A program made the position numbers and the translations under genes. From NCBI GenBank assembly GCA_963693365.1, contig CAVNZM010000002.1:8529059-8593058 (forward strand): a DNA stretch of 64,000 nt, given 5' to 3'. Of this stretch, positions 31,747 through 46,039 are shown piece after piece. The notes below the pieces were generated by a model. The model was not told the origin of the DNA. It saw only the letters and a list, made by a program, of their open reading frames with translations, and did not search any database. Position 1 is the stretch's first letter. Every line of letters begins with the position of its first letter. The stretch is from Amoebidium appalachense. Lineage: Eukaryota; Protista; Ichthyosporea.

Positions 31747-32561
31747 GTGTCCGGAAGTTCTCTAAGCTGATCCCCTCGGGGAGGAATACGAGGGAGGGAG
31801 GGGAAGGGGATAGGTGGGAAGGGGGGAAGAATGCAAACCACTTTTTTCATATACGCATTCAAACACACATCCATCCGACCATGCAGGCAAACACATATGC
31901 CACACATCAATGCAAACACAAAAAACATGTACGCAATTAAATGCAGACACCACATGCACATTCAAAAAAAAAAAAAAACACATACAAATGCACACACACA
32001 ACACTTCCTGCTGCACATTCAAACACACATATCACCTACACATTCACACGACATAAACACATACCACCCACAACTCCCAAAAACACAGAACATACCTTTA
32101 GTATAAGCCAGAAAACCAACGGTATCGTCGCCAGGGGTATAATCATATGTGCCACCACCACAAGCAGAGAAAGCCTCTCGATATTACACGGTCCGGACGG
32201 AACCATATATAACCCCATAGCCTCCGATGCAAAAGTACCGATTAAACTCGCCACTTGTTGGCCGAAATTTTGAAACCCCGCCAAAACGGCGTATAGGGTA
32301 GATTCGAGACCCTGCAGGCAAAGTTTGGAGGTTAGGACGACGGCTGGCATGAAGTCCATCATACCTGTTTTTAATGGTGGTGTGTGATTGGGTGGTTAGA
32401 ACGGTAAATTAAGGAGTGGAGACTGGTGTGATACATTAAAGAAAATAGAGGTGGTGTGGTTTGATTGGCTCGGGTTGATCCAGGCATCCCACAGGTTTGT
32501 TCTTTTACACGTGCGCAATTTAATTGACACATAACAACATTGGGAGATTAAACACACTGAG

Positions 32562-32619
<58 letters not shown>

Positions 32620-33256
32620 AAGTGCCGCCACACACACACGCTGCACAACAAAACACACCAGCACAGCAATTTCCACATCAGAAACCAAGTACGCACACAA
32701 TTGGACCTACCGGGGGATAATGGGGGGGGGGGGGGGGGGGGGGGGGGGGAGGGAAGAGACGGAGGAGGCACATCTGGAGGTGGGATTCGGAGGAGGAGGT
32801 GGTGGGGGGGGGGGGGGGGAGGGTGGAGAAGGGGCGGGGAAGGGGAGAAGGGGGAGGGGGCAGGGGGCGGGGGGGGGGGGGGGGGGGGGGAGGGGGGGGG
32901 GGAGGGGTTCCTTACCAACAATTTCTGTAACCACACCGTGGCCAAACATGTACATGACACGGTACGGTATGTGAACTTTCTGTGAATTATGAGGGTTGAT
33001 GTGAGAAGGAGAAGAAGAGGTATAAAGGAGAATCGGGGGGGGGGGGGGGGGGGGGGGGGAGGGGAGGGGCTGGGGGAGGGAGGGAGGAAGGGAGCGAAGG
33101 AGGGGGGAGGGAGGTGGGGGAAGAAGGGGACACATGTGATGGGTGGATATCGGGAACTTGAGACTTGAGGAAAGGGGTAAAAATAAAATGCCCCCCCCTC
33201 CCCCACAACCACCAACCCCCAACCCCTCCCTCGGGTTCTTTAGGCCGTTAAAAAAC

Positions 33257-33480
33257 GATTCAGAGTACGAGACACACATCTAAAACGGACACTAGCAAAG
33301 GTTTCCAACTCGCAAAGAGTATGCGGCATAAATAGTGCCAATCTTTCCCCCGGGGGGAAGGGGGAGTGGGCATGTCATTGGCAGTACCCGAGGTTCGACC
33401 CATTCACCTCATGTATCAAACCAAATTCGGAGACCGTCTTAACTTAAACATGTGTGAGTCACCCGTCTTGATCAGAGACG
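33257..33480 (-). repeat. Intronic repeat family, copy 8 (full length)
   Basis: GTCTCTGATCAAGACGGGTGAC..CATGTTTAAGT..GAGGTGAATGGGTCGAACCTCGGGTACTG..GCATACTCT..CGTACTCTGAATC on the minus strand. Confidence 0.85.
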
Positions 33481-33620
33481 GGGGGGGGGGGTGGGGGGGG
33501 TGGGGGGGTGGGGGGTGGGGGGTGGGGGGAGGGGGAGGGGGAGATAATGTAAGATGTCGTACACGATGTAACACACGGTGCAGAAATCACTAATCGGGGG
33601 AGGTGGGAGGGCGGGGGGAT

Positions 33621-33727
<107 letters not shown>

Positions 33728-34267
33728 GGAGAGAGAGAGAGAGTGTGTGTGTGTCTGTGTGTGTGTGTGGGGGGGAAGGGGGGGGGGACCGGGGGGAGGG
33801 GGGGGGGGGGGGAGGGACAGATGCGCCTACAGTATTCCACCTTTCGACCATAATGACATCAATCATGCCGGCCATGATCTTAACAAGGGTCGTCACCCAG
33901 AAGCACGCCCTGAACTGCCACCCTGCCATAAGATTCTGGAAGAGTAAACCCCCACAAAGCCGCAGATTGTCTGCAGAGTGCTGGTGGCACTGTTGTAAAA
34001 GGTCTGCGAGAAGTTGGGTTCGTTGGGGACACATCCTGCAATTTTGCAATTTTGCAATTGGAAAGTTTAATGCGATTAGGGTTTTAGGCTACCTTTTCCT
34101 TGCACTGCTGTTTACGTATACTGGTGTGCAAATATTACATCGGTAATTTTGAAACACAGCTACTGGAGAAAAACTTTGGTTTCTTCGTTACAAACGTTCT
34201 GCCCGATTCGTGAGCCTACCCTCACATAACCCTAAAGAGTCTGACCCCCCCCCCTCCCCCCCCCCCC

Positions 34268-34316
<49 letters not shown>

Positions 34317-34567
34317 ACCCGGGGCCCTGGGCGGAAAAATAATTACCCTGATGAAAAAAAAAAACTAGAAAAGAAAACAGGTCCTTGTCAGAAACAGGTT
34401 AAGCAAAGTCCCTTCAGTAGCGATTGATTAGTTATCAGCGTCCATATAAACTCATAAAACACCCCTCAACCGCCCCCCTGTCCCCCCAACCCCCCTCAAC
34501 CCCCCCCCTACACACGCGCGCGCTTTTTTACGGATTGCTTAGTCTAACAAAACACACACACACACAG

Positions 34568-34641
<74 letters not shown>

Positions 34642-34657
34642 AAACTATTCCTCCTCC

Positions 34658-34688
<31 letters not shown>

Positions 34689-34960
34689 AAAAAAAAAAAA
34701 AAAGACACGCACACATACACAAACACACCCACGCACCTTCACCGGCAGTGCAGAAGATTGCAAGAGGGCCAGCCAGGGAGAGGTATGTAGCCTGGGCCAG
34801 AAACATGAACAGATTGCAATGGGCAAGGTGGGTGGTACAGCGCCACATAGGCACCCCCACACAGCATGGAGGAGACGATGGAGAATACAAACACTGTGTG
34901 TGTGTGTGCATTAGGGGGGGGGGGGGGGGGGGGGGCATGGGGGTGGGGTGTGTGTGTGTG

Positions 34961-34995
<35 letters not shown>

Positions 34996-35444
34996 TGTGT
35001 GTGTGTTGGGGCGGCGGGGGAGGGGGGGGGGAGAGGGGAGAGGGATGTGTGTGTGTGGGGGGGGGGGGGGGGGGGGGTTGGGTGTGCATGCGTGCATGTG
35101 TGTGTGTGTGTGTGTACATGTGTGCGCTTGTATGTGTGTGTGTCTGCGTGTGTGTGTGGTTGTCTGTGTGTCTGTCTGTGTGTGTGTTTTCGTGTGTGTG
35201 TGTTTGCATGTTCGTGTGTGTGTGTGTGTGTAGGTGTGTGCGGACCTGTATACGTGACCTGTGTTGAATGGTTGAAGGTTCAGTGTGCGTTAGGGAAGGT
35301 GTGTATGTGTGTGGGGGACACAGGGGACGGGGATGGAGGGAGGGGGAGGGAATGTAAGTGTGTGTGTGTGTGTGTGTGTATGGAGAGAGGGGGGGTGGGG
35401 GGGGTGGGGCAAATTTACTATTCAGGTTTAGAACACAATAGAAC

Positions 35445-35680
35445 CCCCGTTGCTATGTCACGGTGATGGCATGCGAAGGAATGAGAAGGGTCATTTGGCA
35501 CAAAGGGGTTAACTAAAGATGGTGTGGTGTGGTGGTGGTGGGGAAGGGGGGGGGGAGGGGGGGGGGCCCCGTTGCTATGTCACGGTGATGACATGCGAAG
35601 GAATGAGAAGGGTCATTTGGCACAAAGGGGTTAACTAAAGATGGTGTGGTGTGGTGGCGGTGGGGAAGGGGGGGGGGGGG
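35445..35680. repeat. Tandem duplication of about 120 bp in an intron
   Basis: CCCCGTTGCTATGTCACGGTGATG(G/A)CATGCGAAGG...AAAGATGGTGTGGTGTGGTGG occurs twice with two substitutions. Confidence 0.9.
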
Positions 35681-35814
35681 GGGGGGGGGGGGGGAGGGAA
35701 GAGGGGGGGGGGGGGGGGGGTATCACAGGAGGGGGTTGAGAAGAGAGAGTGTGAACAAAGAGGTCGAGAGCATGATGTGGTTGTTAAGAAAAGAGGTGGG
35801 TGGTAGGGACGTGT

Positions 35815-35845
<31 letters not shown>

Positions 35846-36872
35846 GGGGGGGGGGGGAGGGAGGGAGTGGGGGGGGAGGGGGATGGAGAGGGTGGGGAGG
35901 GTTGGAAAGGGAGGTGAGGAAGGGGTAAGGAAGGCATGGAAGAGCGAGAGCAAGATGGGAGAGGGGGGTGGGGGGGGGGGGGGGGGGGGGGGGGGGGGTG
36001 GGGGGGGGGGGGGGAGGGCGTGAGTCATGGAAACCAAAGAAGGGAGGGGGGGCGGGGGGCGGAGGGGGTAAGGAGGGGGAAAGGGGCGCTGTTACAGTGT
36101 GTTACAACACGTCCACGGCAGACAGATAAATGCAGTGCATGCAAGGGCCAAAAAGAAAAAGGGGAGGGGGGGGGGGGGGGGGAAGGGGGGAGTGGGTAGG
36201 AATGTGTGTGGGCGTGTGTGTTTGTGTGTGTCTATCTGTTTTTTGGGACGGCGGGAGGGGGGCCGGGGGGCCAAGGAGGGGGGGGGGGGGGGGGGGAGGG
36301 GGTTAGGGGGGGGGGGGGGGGGGAGGGGGAGACAAAGAGTGAGCAGGGGAGGGGAAGGGAGGGGAAGTGGCAGAGTGGGGGGGGGGGGGGGGAAGGCGGT
36401 GGCGAGGGCGGGGGGGGGGGGGGGGGGGGGGGGTTTGTCAGAATTCTTACGGGGCGGGAGGAAAGCGGGGGAGGGGAGGAGGGGGGCGGGTAGGTAAACG
36501 GAAAACCAACCAGAGGTGTACTGGTTGCTGGTTGGTATTGCCTCGTCATGATGGCAACTATGGTCGAGCCCAGGGCAAACATCGCCATGGAAACTGCCAA
36601 TAGAAACACACGCTTGTGGCTGGCCAATTGGGTGCGGCGGATGGCGCTCGATATGGAGTGGGGTAAAGGGATTTCGCCAAACCAAAAGGAGGATGGGGAT
36701 GAGCATTTGCACTGTGGAGTTGGGAAAATATTAATTAAAATGTAAAAAGTATTAAACGGTATTACAATCATATTACTGATTCATAATAAGCATTATGCAT
36801 TTTTTAGACACCCCACCTACTGTTTTAGTGCATGTGCAGCTGCGGTTGGGGTAAAATGGGGATGTGGGAGTA

Positions 36873-36909
<37 letters not shown>

Positions 36910-37410
36910 GGGGCAGGGAGGGGGGGGGGGGGGGGGGGGGGGGGAGGGGGGAGAGGGAGTTTGTTTCGGGCGGGGAGGGCGGGGAGGGGGGGGGGGGAGT
37001 TTGTTTGGTGGGGTGGGGGTGTAGGGGGGTGGGGGGGTTGGGGGGTGGGGGTGATGGGGGGAGGGGGAGGGGGGAGGGGGGGGCGCTTGGAGACGAATAC
37101 CGAGTTAATTGAGACTTAAGGAGTGCAGGTCATTAGGGAGAAGGGGTGGAGGGGGAGGGGGGCAGGGGGGGAGGGCGGAGGTTCCATGTACTCTGATAAT
37201 TACAAAGGGTCATGGGATTGATTATCGGAAGGAGAGGTTAAGACCCTTGATTGAGTTTACAAGGAGGGAGGGATGGCTAATGGTTTGACAATCGGGGTAG
37301 CGAGAGAGGGCGGCATAGCAGAGAGAGGTGCTTTCTGGGTGGATGTGTGGTTGTGGTGGTTGTGGTGGTGCTGTGAAATGGAGAGTGATAAATGGTGGTG
37401 GTGGTGTGGT

Positions 37411-37457
<47 letters not shown>

Positions 37458-37505
37458 GGGGGAGAGACTGGGGGGGGAGGGGGGGGGGGGGAGGGGGGGG
37501 AGCGG

Positions 37506-37668
37506 GGTAGTACGCGTTACAGAGAACGAAATACACATTGGCGACGTACAACACAATGATGCGGATTTTGCAAGAGAGTGCACACATAACAGTATGCATC
37601 ATAACTACAGCCCATTCACACGTCGGGCTCAAAGTCATCCACACTACCCAAGTTTCTAACCATTACTG
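37506..37668 (-). repeat. Intronic repeat family, copy 9
   Basis: GAAACTTGGGTAGTGTGGATGAC..GAATGGGCTGTAGTTATGATGCATACT..CATTGTGTTGT..AATGTGTATTTCGTTCTCTGTAACGC on the minus strand. Confidence 0.75.
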
Positions 37669-38128
37669 GGAAGGAAGGGAGGGAGGGAGGGGAAGTGGGT
37701 TAGAGGTGTAGGGAGAGAAAGAAGAGAAACGGGAGGAAGGGGAAAAGGGGGGAGGGGGGAGGGGAGGAGGGAGGGGGGGGTGGGGGGAAGAGGTATAAAA
37801 CGTACACGATATTGGAGCCATGAGCATAAATGGAATCCTCCAATAAGCCTCATTCCCACTCCGAATATATCCATCACTCAACGGGCCAGCAAGCCAAGAC
37901 CCAATCAGGGTCCCAAGCATGATGGTACCCCACACAAACGTCACGCAGTCCCCACCCGTGTGGGGTTTTTCATCAAAATTTCGGCATATCTCGATTCCGT
38001 GAGTAGGTCCATTGTCGATATCTCGAGGTTTATCAAAAGGAAGAATACGGCGGCCAATGCCCCTGGCTGCCTCGAAGGTCCGCAGCTGGGGGGGCAGGGG
38101 GGGGGGGGGAGGAGGGGGGGGGGGGGGG

Positions 38129-38217
38129 GTTAGAATGGGTTACAGAGTGCGAAGTACACATTCATAACGAACAACACAAAGCAGAGTGCAAAACAAACTT
38201 AGAGAGCAATGCATCAT
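38129..38217 (-). repeat. Intronic repeat family, copy 10 (3' block)
   Basis: TGCACTCTGCTTTGTGTTGTTCGTTATGAATGTGTACTTCGCACTCTGTAACCCATTCTAA then poly-C, about 45 nt before the acceptor at 38086. Confidence 0.75.
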
Positions 38218-38372
38218 TTTCAGACCCCACTCTCGTGTGCGTGTGCGGGCGTGAGTCTGTGTGACGTGCGAAGAGAGATACAGGGGTGTTGGGGGTAGGG
38301 TGGGGTTATTTGGTGGTGCTGCTGGTGGTGGTGGTGGTGGTGTTTTTTTTTTTTTTTTTTTTTTTTTTTTGT

Positions 38373-38406
<34 letters not shown>

Positions 38407-38829
38407 GGGGGGGGGATTCTTACCTCCCAGAAGAAGACAGGCCAAGCCACCCAACAGTGCGGCCACAACCATATAAGGTGATTTATTGTAACCTCTGATT
38501 GGCACAAGATCACTCAACACCCCGATTGCCGATTTCATCGCCTATGGTGTACACGCTATCGAGGTGAATATTTGGTATTGTTGTGCCTCGATTCCTAACT
38601 ACGTAGATTATACGAGAAATTCAACCCTCCCGAAAGCGAAAATACGAGGCCCTTGAGCCCGAAATAGCAGAACGCCATGTGCGTCATAAATCTCCAACCG
38701 AAAACCCCGTCTATTCTTCGGAAATAGCATACGAGACGGCGCATCGGTGCTGATATTCTCCTGTGGCGGGATATGTTTGTGAGTTTAAGTTAACAGAGCA
38801 TTCCTGGGGGCCCCCCTGTTCTGCTTTTT

Positions 38830-38919
<90 letters not shown>

Positions 38920-39948
38920 GGGGGCTGGCGGTAGCATTTTTGTTTCTTGACTTGATGATCAGTTTGGATAGAATAAATTAAACCGTTATCAGAGTCAGCG
39001 GATTGGGCTAGGTTTAGGAGAGCAGAAAGGGGATGGAATCAAGAAACATTCTGTTGATAATCATTCACGGTGGTGTTGGTGGTGATGGTGTCTTCTCCGC
39101 AGATCTGTTTTTCATTTTTTCTTTCCTTCCTCCCTCCCTCCCCCCCCCCCCCCCCCTTTCACCCACTCAATCCCTTTCATTTTACTGGGCACATGTCCAC
39201 GTGCTTCCGACCAACCTTCCCTGCCCCCCCCCCCCCCCCCCCCTCTCCCCCCCCCCCCCCGGCCCACGTCCCTTAGTCACAACATTAATATTACACTCAG
39301 CAAACCACATAGGCATTTTTACACTGGCAGCATGTAACAACACACATCGAATGATGCATACAGTACTCACGTGCAAATTCCAGCGTTTTCCGGCAACGTG
39401 TAGTACCGCGTGGGATGACCCAATCGGAACTGCTCAAAGTCATGCATACTCGTTGTGTCTTCTTCACTGGCCATAGACGGCTGTGATTCCTGGTCCCTGT
39501 TTTTAAAAAAAAAAAGCACTTGAAAGTCAGGATATGCGCCCCCCCCCCCCCCCTGCCTAGCCCCCCTCCCCCTCCTCCCCCTCCCCCCCCTCCCCCCCCC
39601 TACCCCCCAACTCTCCACCCCAACACACACACACTGTCCGACACACACAAGTGGTTCTTAGGGTTTCATTGGAATAGTAATGAAGGAGAAGTCACGCGTC
39701 ATCTTGAATGCGCTCACTGAGCTCCGACCCGAGAAATTCAACTAACCATTTTGTGTTGTTTCTGAGAAGCCTTGAAACGGTTTCCATACAAGGCATATTT
39801 GTCGATTGCCGTTGAAATTCTGTTGCGAGTCTCCATGAAACTGTAAAAATTTGAACCAACAAGTCGTGCGGATGAGGACGTGTATTCGATGTGTGCAAGA
39901 GGCACTATGTCAGAGTTATAATTTAGCAACATTGCAAAAAAAAAAAAG

Positions 39949-40017
<69 letters not shown>

Positions 40018-40039
40018 TGTTCGTGCGTGTGAGTGTGTG

Positions 40040-40099
<60 letters not shown>

Positions 40100-40144
40100 C
40101 GCGCGTTTGTGTGTGTGTGTGTGTGTGCGTGCGCGCGCGCGTTT

Positions 40145-40283
<139 letters not shown>

Positions 40284-40522
40284 GTTGCGTGTGTGCACGG
40301 TGGTGTCAGGGTGTGTGTGTGTGTCACTGTGTGTACATGTGCGTGTGCATGTGTATACGTGTGTGTGTGTGTGCACGCGTATGCGGCTTGTGTGTGTGTT
40401 TCAGTGTGTGCGTGTTTGTGCATGCGTGCTTGTGCACACATAATGCGCTAATGCACATTCACTTGAGGACTTAAACCCCTTCTCTCTTTTTTGCTTAATT
40501 CCCTGAGGATGACGTGGGAAAG

Positions 40523-40553
<31 letters not shown>

Positions 40554-41482
40554 CAAGTAAACTTACTTCTCCATGCCGTCCGCCGAGCAACCAATCGGAC
40601 TATAAGCGAGCGTGTGTTTTAAACCGTCGGATTTCTAAGTTTTCAGGTACCTTAAAAAAGATGTGCGAATCCCTCAACAGCCTTGGTTCGGCTTATTTTG
40701 TACTCCTTTAACAGACAGGAAGCCGCAATGATCACCATGTAGTCACCAGCCCACGATTGCGGAGAAGTGCTTGCGACTTTGTCTGAAACATCCAGCTGCC
40801 TATTCTCTGGAAACGTGAGCTATGATTGGCTTCACCCTAAAGATTTAATTGTAGCTCCAGCAACACATGTGTGATTGTTCGGATCTCGGGCATGAATCCC
40901 GTTGCTCGGATCATGCATGGCGTTGAAATGTGAGCATACATCATGAGCACTATTTGCGTAAAAGAAAAAAAAAATGGAAAAAGAGAAATGGAAAAAACCT
41001 TCGTCAGCCTGTGCCTTTTCTTCGCGGTTTGTCAATACCATCGTGACTATGTAACTTTCTTCCAAAACTTCGTAAAGTTTCTTCCAAGATGATTGGTCAG
41101 GTCGGTATCACCTCCTACACACCAAAACCCTCCTGTAGGTGTTGAAACTTGTTCTCATTGAAATTCCGCCTTAGACATCATTGAGATACACTGAGTCAAT
41201 AAGTATAGAATAATATAAATGGTTAATATTTGTATTAAAAATGTTTTTGCTGATGGTTAAAGTAAACCTTTAAATAACTGTTGTATTAATTATTAATTTA
41301 GTTTGAATTTCGAAAGTATCAAATTGCAGCAAGCATTTGAGTCCCCTTGCATTCATTACAACTTACAGTATATTATGTGCATGACATTTGTATTATTAAT
41401 TTGAAGTAAAGTGCTACAGCAGTCTCTTGAAGCATTCCTGCGGCTGCGCTCCGAGCCAATGAAACCTCGTGTACCTAATGGG

Positions 41483-44400
41483 TGTAAAGAAGCTGAGGTC
41501 TAGATGCACAGGATCGGGTCGTAGACACAAGTGTTCATACTAACTGGATACTGGAATCTGGTTCCCTTATTCCTCGAGGCCGGCGGCTTATATACTCTTC
41601 GGGCAGCCAGTGCCCCCAACCGCAAAGGTTCATCAAACACCAAATAAGGCAACCGTAGAAGATTCTCTATTGGATATCTTCTTCCATCGCCATCGGCGAG
41701 GTTGCACATGAGCCAATCCCATTCTGGTGTGTTCATGGATCCGCCAATCACCAGTGAAGGTGGCAAGCTAAATATGGCTGGCGAGCGTAAACACACCAAT
41801 GAGATTCATGTGGAATTCACCAAATATGCCTTTAGCGGGTGAAATATGATTGGCTGAAAATTGGCTCGAGATAGCCTCTTTTACATCTCCCCGTTGTGAA
41901 GCATTCGTCCCGAATGCAATGTCAAAGGCTCGATAAGCCTCTTTTGGGGTGATAAGGTGTTTGTACATGTATCATTTGCCTGGAAGTTAAGTTTGAGGAA
42001 AAAATCAAAACCTCATGCTTGGAAAAAAATCAAAAACCACTTTCATGTATGTTGAAATGATCGAGGAAGAATGACCTCGTGTGTGGAAAAAAAGTAAAAC
42101 CACTTATGACGTGGGGAAAAATATAAAAAACCCCGCTTCTATTCAACCATGTTTGGATTGAATGAGGTGTATAATCCTCATAGTGGAAAAAATGAAAAAC
42201 CACTGATGATATGCGTTGAAATGAATGAGGATGATTTGCCTCGTATATGTGGAAAACTATAAAACCACTGATGATACCGGGAAAAATATAAAAAAACCCG
42301 TATATTTGATTTAGGGGAAAATCATTTAAAACCCCTATATTTGTGTATACAGCATTTTGTGTTGGGAAAAAGACAATGTTGTCGATAAAGAACCCAAAAG
42401 CGCATATTAGCGAAGATTGCCATATTTGGCCATATTTGCCATATTTGGGCATTTGTTTAGCTATATAGCTGTTATGTCTGCCAGATTCGATGGGCATTCT
42501 TGGATTTGGTTATATCTGCCATATTCATCCGATGATATTCGGGTATTGTTGAAATTTATGTGCTTTTACCCTTAAATAGTGTGAGCAATGTGAGCCGTTG
42601 GTCACGGTGGGTGGGTGGGTGGGTGGGAGGGGGGTGGGGGGAGGGGGGAGGGGGGGACGAGGGCAGCCTGACGATTCGTCCTATAATTATACTATATATG
42701 ATAGAATTTGGGGCATACAAGCATCATTTTGTAAAGTCAATGTGAGAGGTAAATGTTTCCTTGTAGTGATTTGTAGCCTAAATGTATCTACAGAGCGCAA
42801 ACGGCACATAAGCATGAATTATTTGCAAGAGCTTTGTTATGCACACATGTGTGTTGTTCAAACCATTCATATAACGAATATGTAATGTTCGATTATATTG
42901 TGTGTTAGTTTTAATACGCATTTTAAGAAGCAAAACTTTGTGTTGCGTTGTGTTTCCTAATATAGGCATAAATATAAATGCGGCGAATTATTTGTAGTGA
43001 TCGAATGAATAATGTATATGAGAAGTGCAAGTGTGCTGTGTGGGTTTTGCCGTAGATACGGACTTGGCACCAATGTAGTGCATTTATATTGTCTGGTGGC
43101 TCCACTTTTACTTGAGCACATTCCATGCCTTAATAATAATAATATATTCACGGATGCGGACATTCAATAATGTGCGCTTTTTATAATATGCTTCACCGGG
43201 GATGGGTGAGCTGATATGAATCATAATGGGTGGGGTGATGAATTATGAATTTGGGTTTTGCGCGCGCCTGCAGGCGTTATGATAAGATTATTTGTGTTGT
43301 GCGAATATTTGCACACGTGTTTGTATATCCGTGGATTTGTGCACATAAATTAATCCATATAGATAAGGATTATAATGGTAGATTTTCGAAAAAAATATGG
43401 CTCAATGATTCTGTTCTTCATATGAACAAAGAGCTGACTTAAAATTTTTAAGGCTGGCTGGCACATTTATAACCTTTGTATGATAATCCAGACATCATAT
43501 ATTTTGTGCCTTATCGACATATACAATATTATCATTTGTGTATATGCCCTGTAACTATAATAGCTTTGGATAGCTCCAACTGCAGTTAATATTAATAAAC
43601 GGTGATACATCCGTATTTGACTGGGATTTAATGATAATTTTTTTGAGTTTTCTGGCCAGATGATAAACACACATACCATGTTATTATAATCATCCCAGTG
43701 ATCAATTGCAACGAACCCTTTTCTCACATACAGAGACGGGTTAGTTGTTTGCATGCGCATGTATTATACTGATCGTGATTTCATCGTGCTATACCTGGGG
43801 ATTACAACAAATCTGTTGTGATATGCCCCACATATCCCCAGGAGCCGTGTCAGTGCCGATGGGTTGGGCAACCACATCATTACTTTCACGTCTACCCAGT
43901 GTTTTTGCACGGATCATAGTGCATAGCACAGTTTGAGCAGTGGACGGCTGCATGCATGGTGCGCTTGCTTTTGTGTTGCATGCATTAATATTTGCTTTTC
44001 ACATGGAGCATGTGTGAATGATAATATCCACCATAACAGTATTGTTATAATTGTTCAAAGTGCACCAAAGGATGGGTAACAAGGTGTACGGTATGTGCAT
44101 ATATATTGATTTTGAATTCATGAAGGTGTGTGATAATTGCAACCCTTTTCCCTGTACCGTATCCTTGTATGCAATGTAATCGTTATGCAAAGCACATCTT
44201 CTCACATCACCTGCAGACTGCTGTATGCTGTGAGCGGTGTCAGGTTGCCTGCAGACTGCTGTACTTCCTAACCCTATGGGTGTGTTTGCATAGTCATGCA
44301 TTGCATACGATGGTGTTGTTTTGTGTATGTATGATGCATATGATCAACGAGAGAGAGAGGTGGGATGTTCTTCTCGTATTACATGACACATATGCATTGT

Positions 44401-45455
44401 GTTATGGTAATTACCATCAGCGCTGCCATTCATCAAGCTAAAGCTTGTTATTTAGCTTGGTCATCATATTACGGTTCGTACCATAATAACCGTGCCTACC
44501 GCGAGCGGGGCCGCCCTGCCAGGGTGGCTTGTTTATTGTCCGACAGAGACTTGATGGTCATCATCGGTTGTAAAGTGTATACAGTACATGTTTAAGTTAC
44601 TGTTTTCTTCAGTGCCTGTATATATAGCACATGGATGCGGGTCTTCGGGACCTTTATAGGCCTATGGTTTATTAGCCACCGAGGTAACCCATATTATTAG
44701 GTTCCATCATGAAAATTCATGCTTTGATATGATATATAATTACGACGGTGTACATGCATGCAAGTCATACGGTAACTGTGTAATTGATGCAGAGATATTT
44801 ATTTGACGCAGTGGTAATTACTATGTGAAGTCTGTTTGGTAGCAGGAACTATTACAATATATTAATGGTAGCAATGTTATTACGGTTAGTCCCATACGAT
44901 CATAGTGTGTGTTCAAAACCTTCGAAATATGGTGTGGCATGTGTTGAAAACCTCTTCTGCATGGACCTTTCTCACAAATTTTAAATCCTAATATCAATAA
45001 GCTGTTAGCACGCTATATGAATGCGTTAGCTAACCTGCCATGTTTATCATATGTATTACTTATCATCGATGTACTGAAGAATATTGTTATCTATTCTATG
45101 AACAGTGTCATTCTGCTCCACAAACCATGCTACCATGTAAAGAAGCTGAGGTCTAGATGCACAGGATCGGGTCGTAGACACAAGTGTTCATACTAACTGG
45201 ATACTGGATTCTGGTTCCTTTATTCCTCGAGGCCGGCGGCTTATATACTCTTCGGGCAGCCAGTGCCCCCCCAACCGCAAATGTTCATCAAACATCAAAT
45301 AAGACAACCGTAGAAGATACCTTCTTCCATCGCCATCGGCGAGGTTGCCTTGAGCCAATCCTATTCTGGTGTGTTCATAGATTCGCCAATCACCAGTGAA
45401 GGTGGCAAGCTAAATATGGCTTGCGGGTGAAAAAACAAACCAATAAACTCACGTG
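41483..45455 (-). mobile_element. Degenerate non-autonomous LTR retrotransposon, probably Ty1/copia-derived
   Basis: Complete LTR at 41483-41885 (TGTAAAG...TTTTACA) and a second, outer-truncated LTR at 45136-c.45455. PBS TGGTAGCATGG abuts the 5' LTR (45135-45125) and PPT GGGGAGA abuts the 3' LTR (41892-41886). The interior has no long ORF, only faint RT/RNase H-like peptides (AVCRQPDTAHSIQQ, HKSKR, KKRTLLNVRIRE). Confidence 0.8.
41990..42450. repeat. AT-rich degenerate tandem array in the 3' non-coding part of the LTR element
   Basis: Recurrent TGGAAAAAA..AAAACCAC(T) units, and GCCATATTTG three times. Confidence 0.7.
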
Positions 45456-46039
45456 AGCACAGGCAAAGCCAGCTGGGCCGGGGCCTCGGCCAGGCTCCCA
45501 CAGTGTCAGGCTGTACGTAATCGTTGCGCATCTAGAGACATAATTGTTTTAAAAAATTAAAAAAATATGTACACATGTGTTGTAAAACTGAAGCAAGGCC
45601 GTTGCCAAAGACCAGCTCATGATAATTGCATGCATATGCTCATGCAGCTGTATATGTAGTGGTGAAGTAATCGGAAAAGGATCTTCGTAACGGAAACACC
45701 CAACTTCAGGAAGGTTTACGGCACTTCTGAAGAATCGAGCATGATGTTGTGCTCAGTAAAAATTATATAGGGCTATAGAAGTGGCTGCCAATCAGGATGA
45801 AAAATCTTTTTTCTTGCGTTTCGCATGGCGTCATTCTAACGAGCCTAGGCAGTGTGGCATCTGCTGGTAAAGAAAAACATATATTGCTTACTAACAATCT
45901 TGATCACAGATCTTTGAAAACCTTCCACTAGACGTCTACATTTGACATTGCTGGTCTGTTTACCTACAAAATAGCCGGCTAAAAGCTACGCAAGGAATTT
46001 CAGGACATGCATGCTGTGCATCTTATTACGTTAATTACC

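Noticed and set aside
38542-38544. A-to-I editing rescue of UAG to Trp
   Set aside because: Editing would not repair the multiple frameshifts in the same gene; pseudogenisation or sequencing error is simpler.
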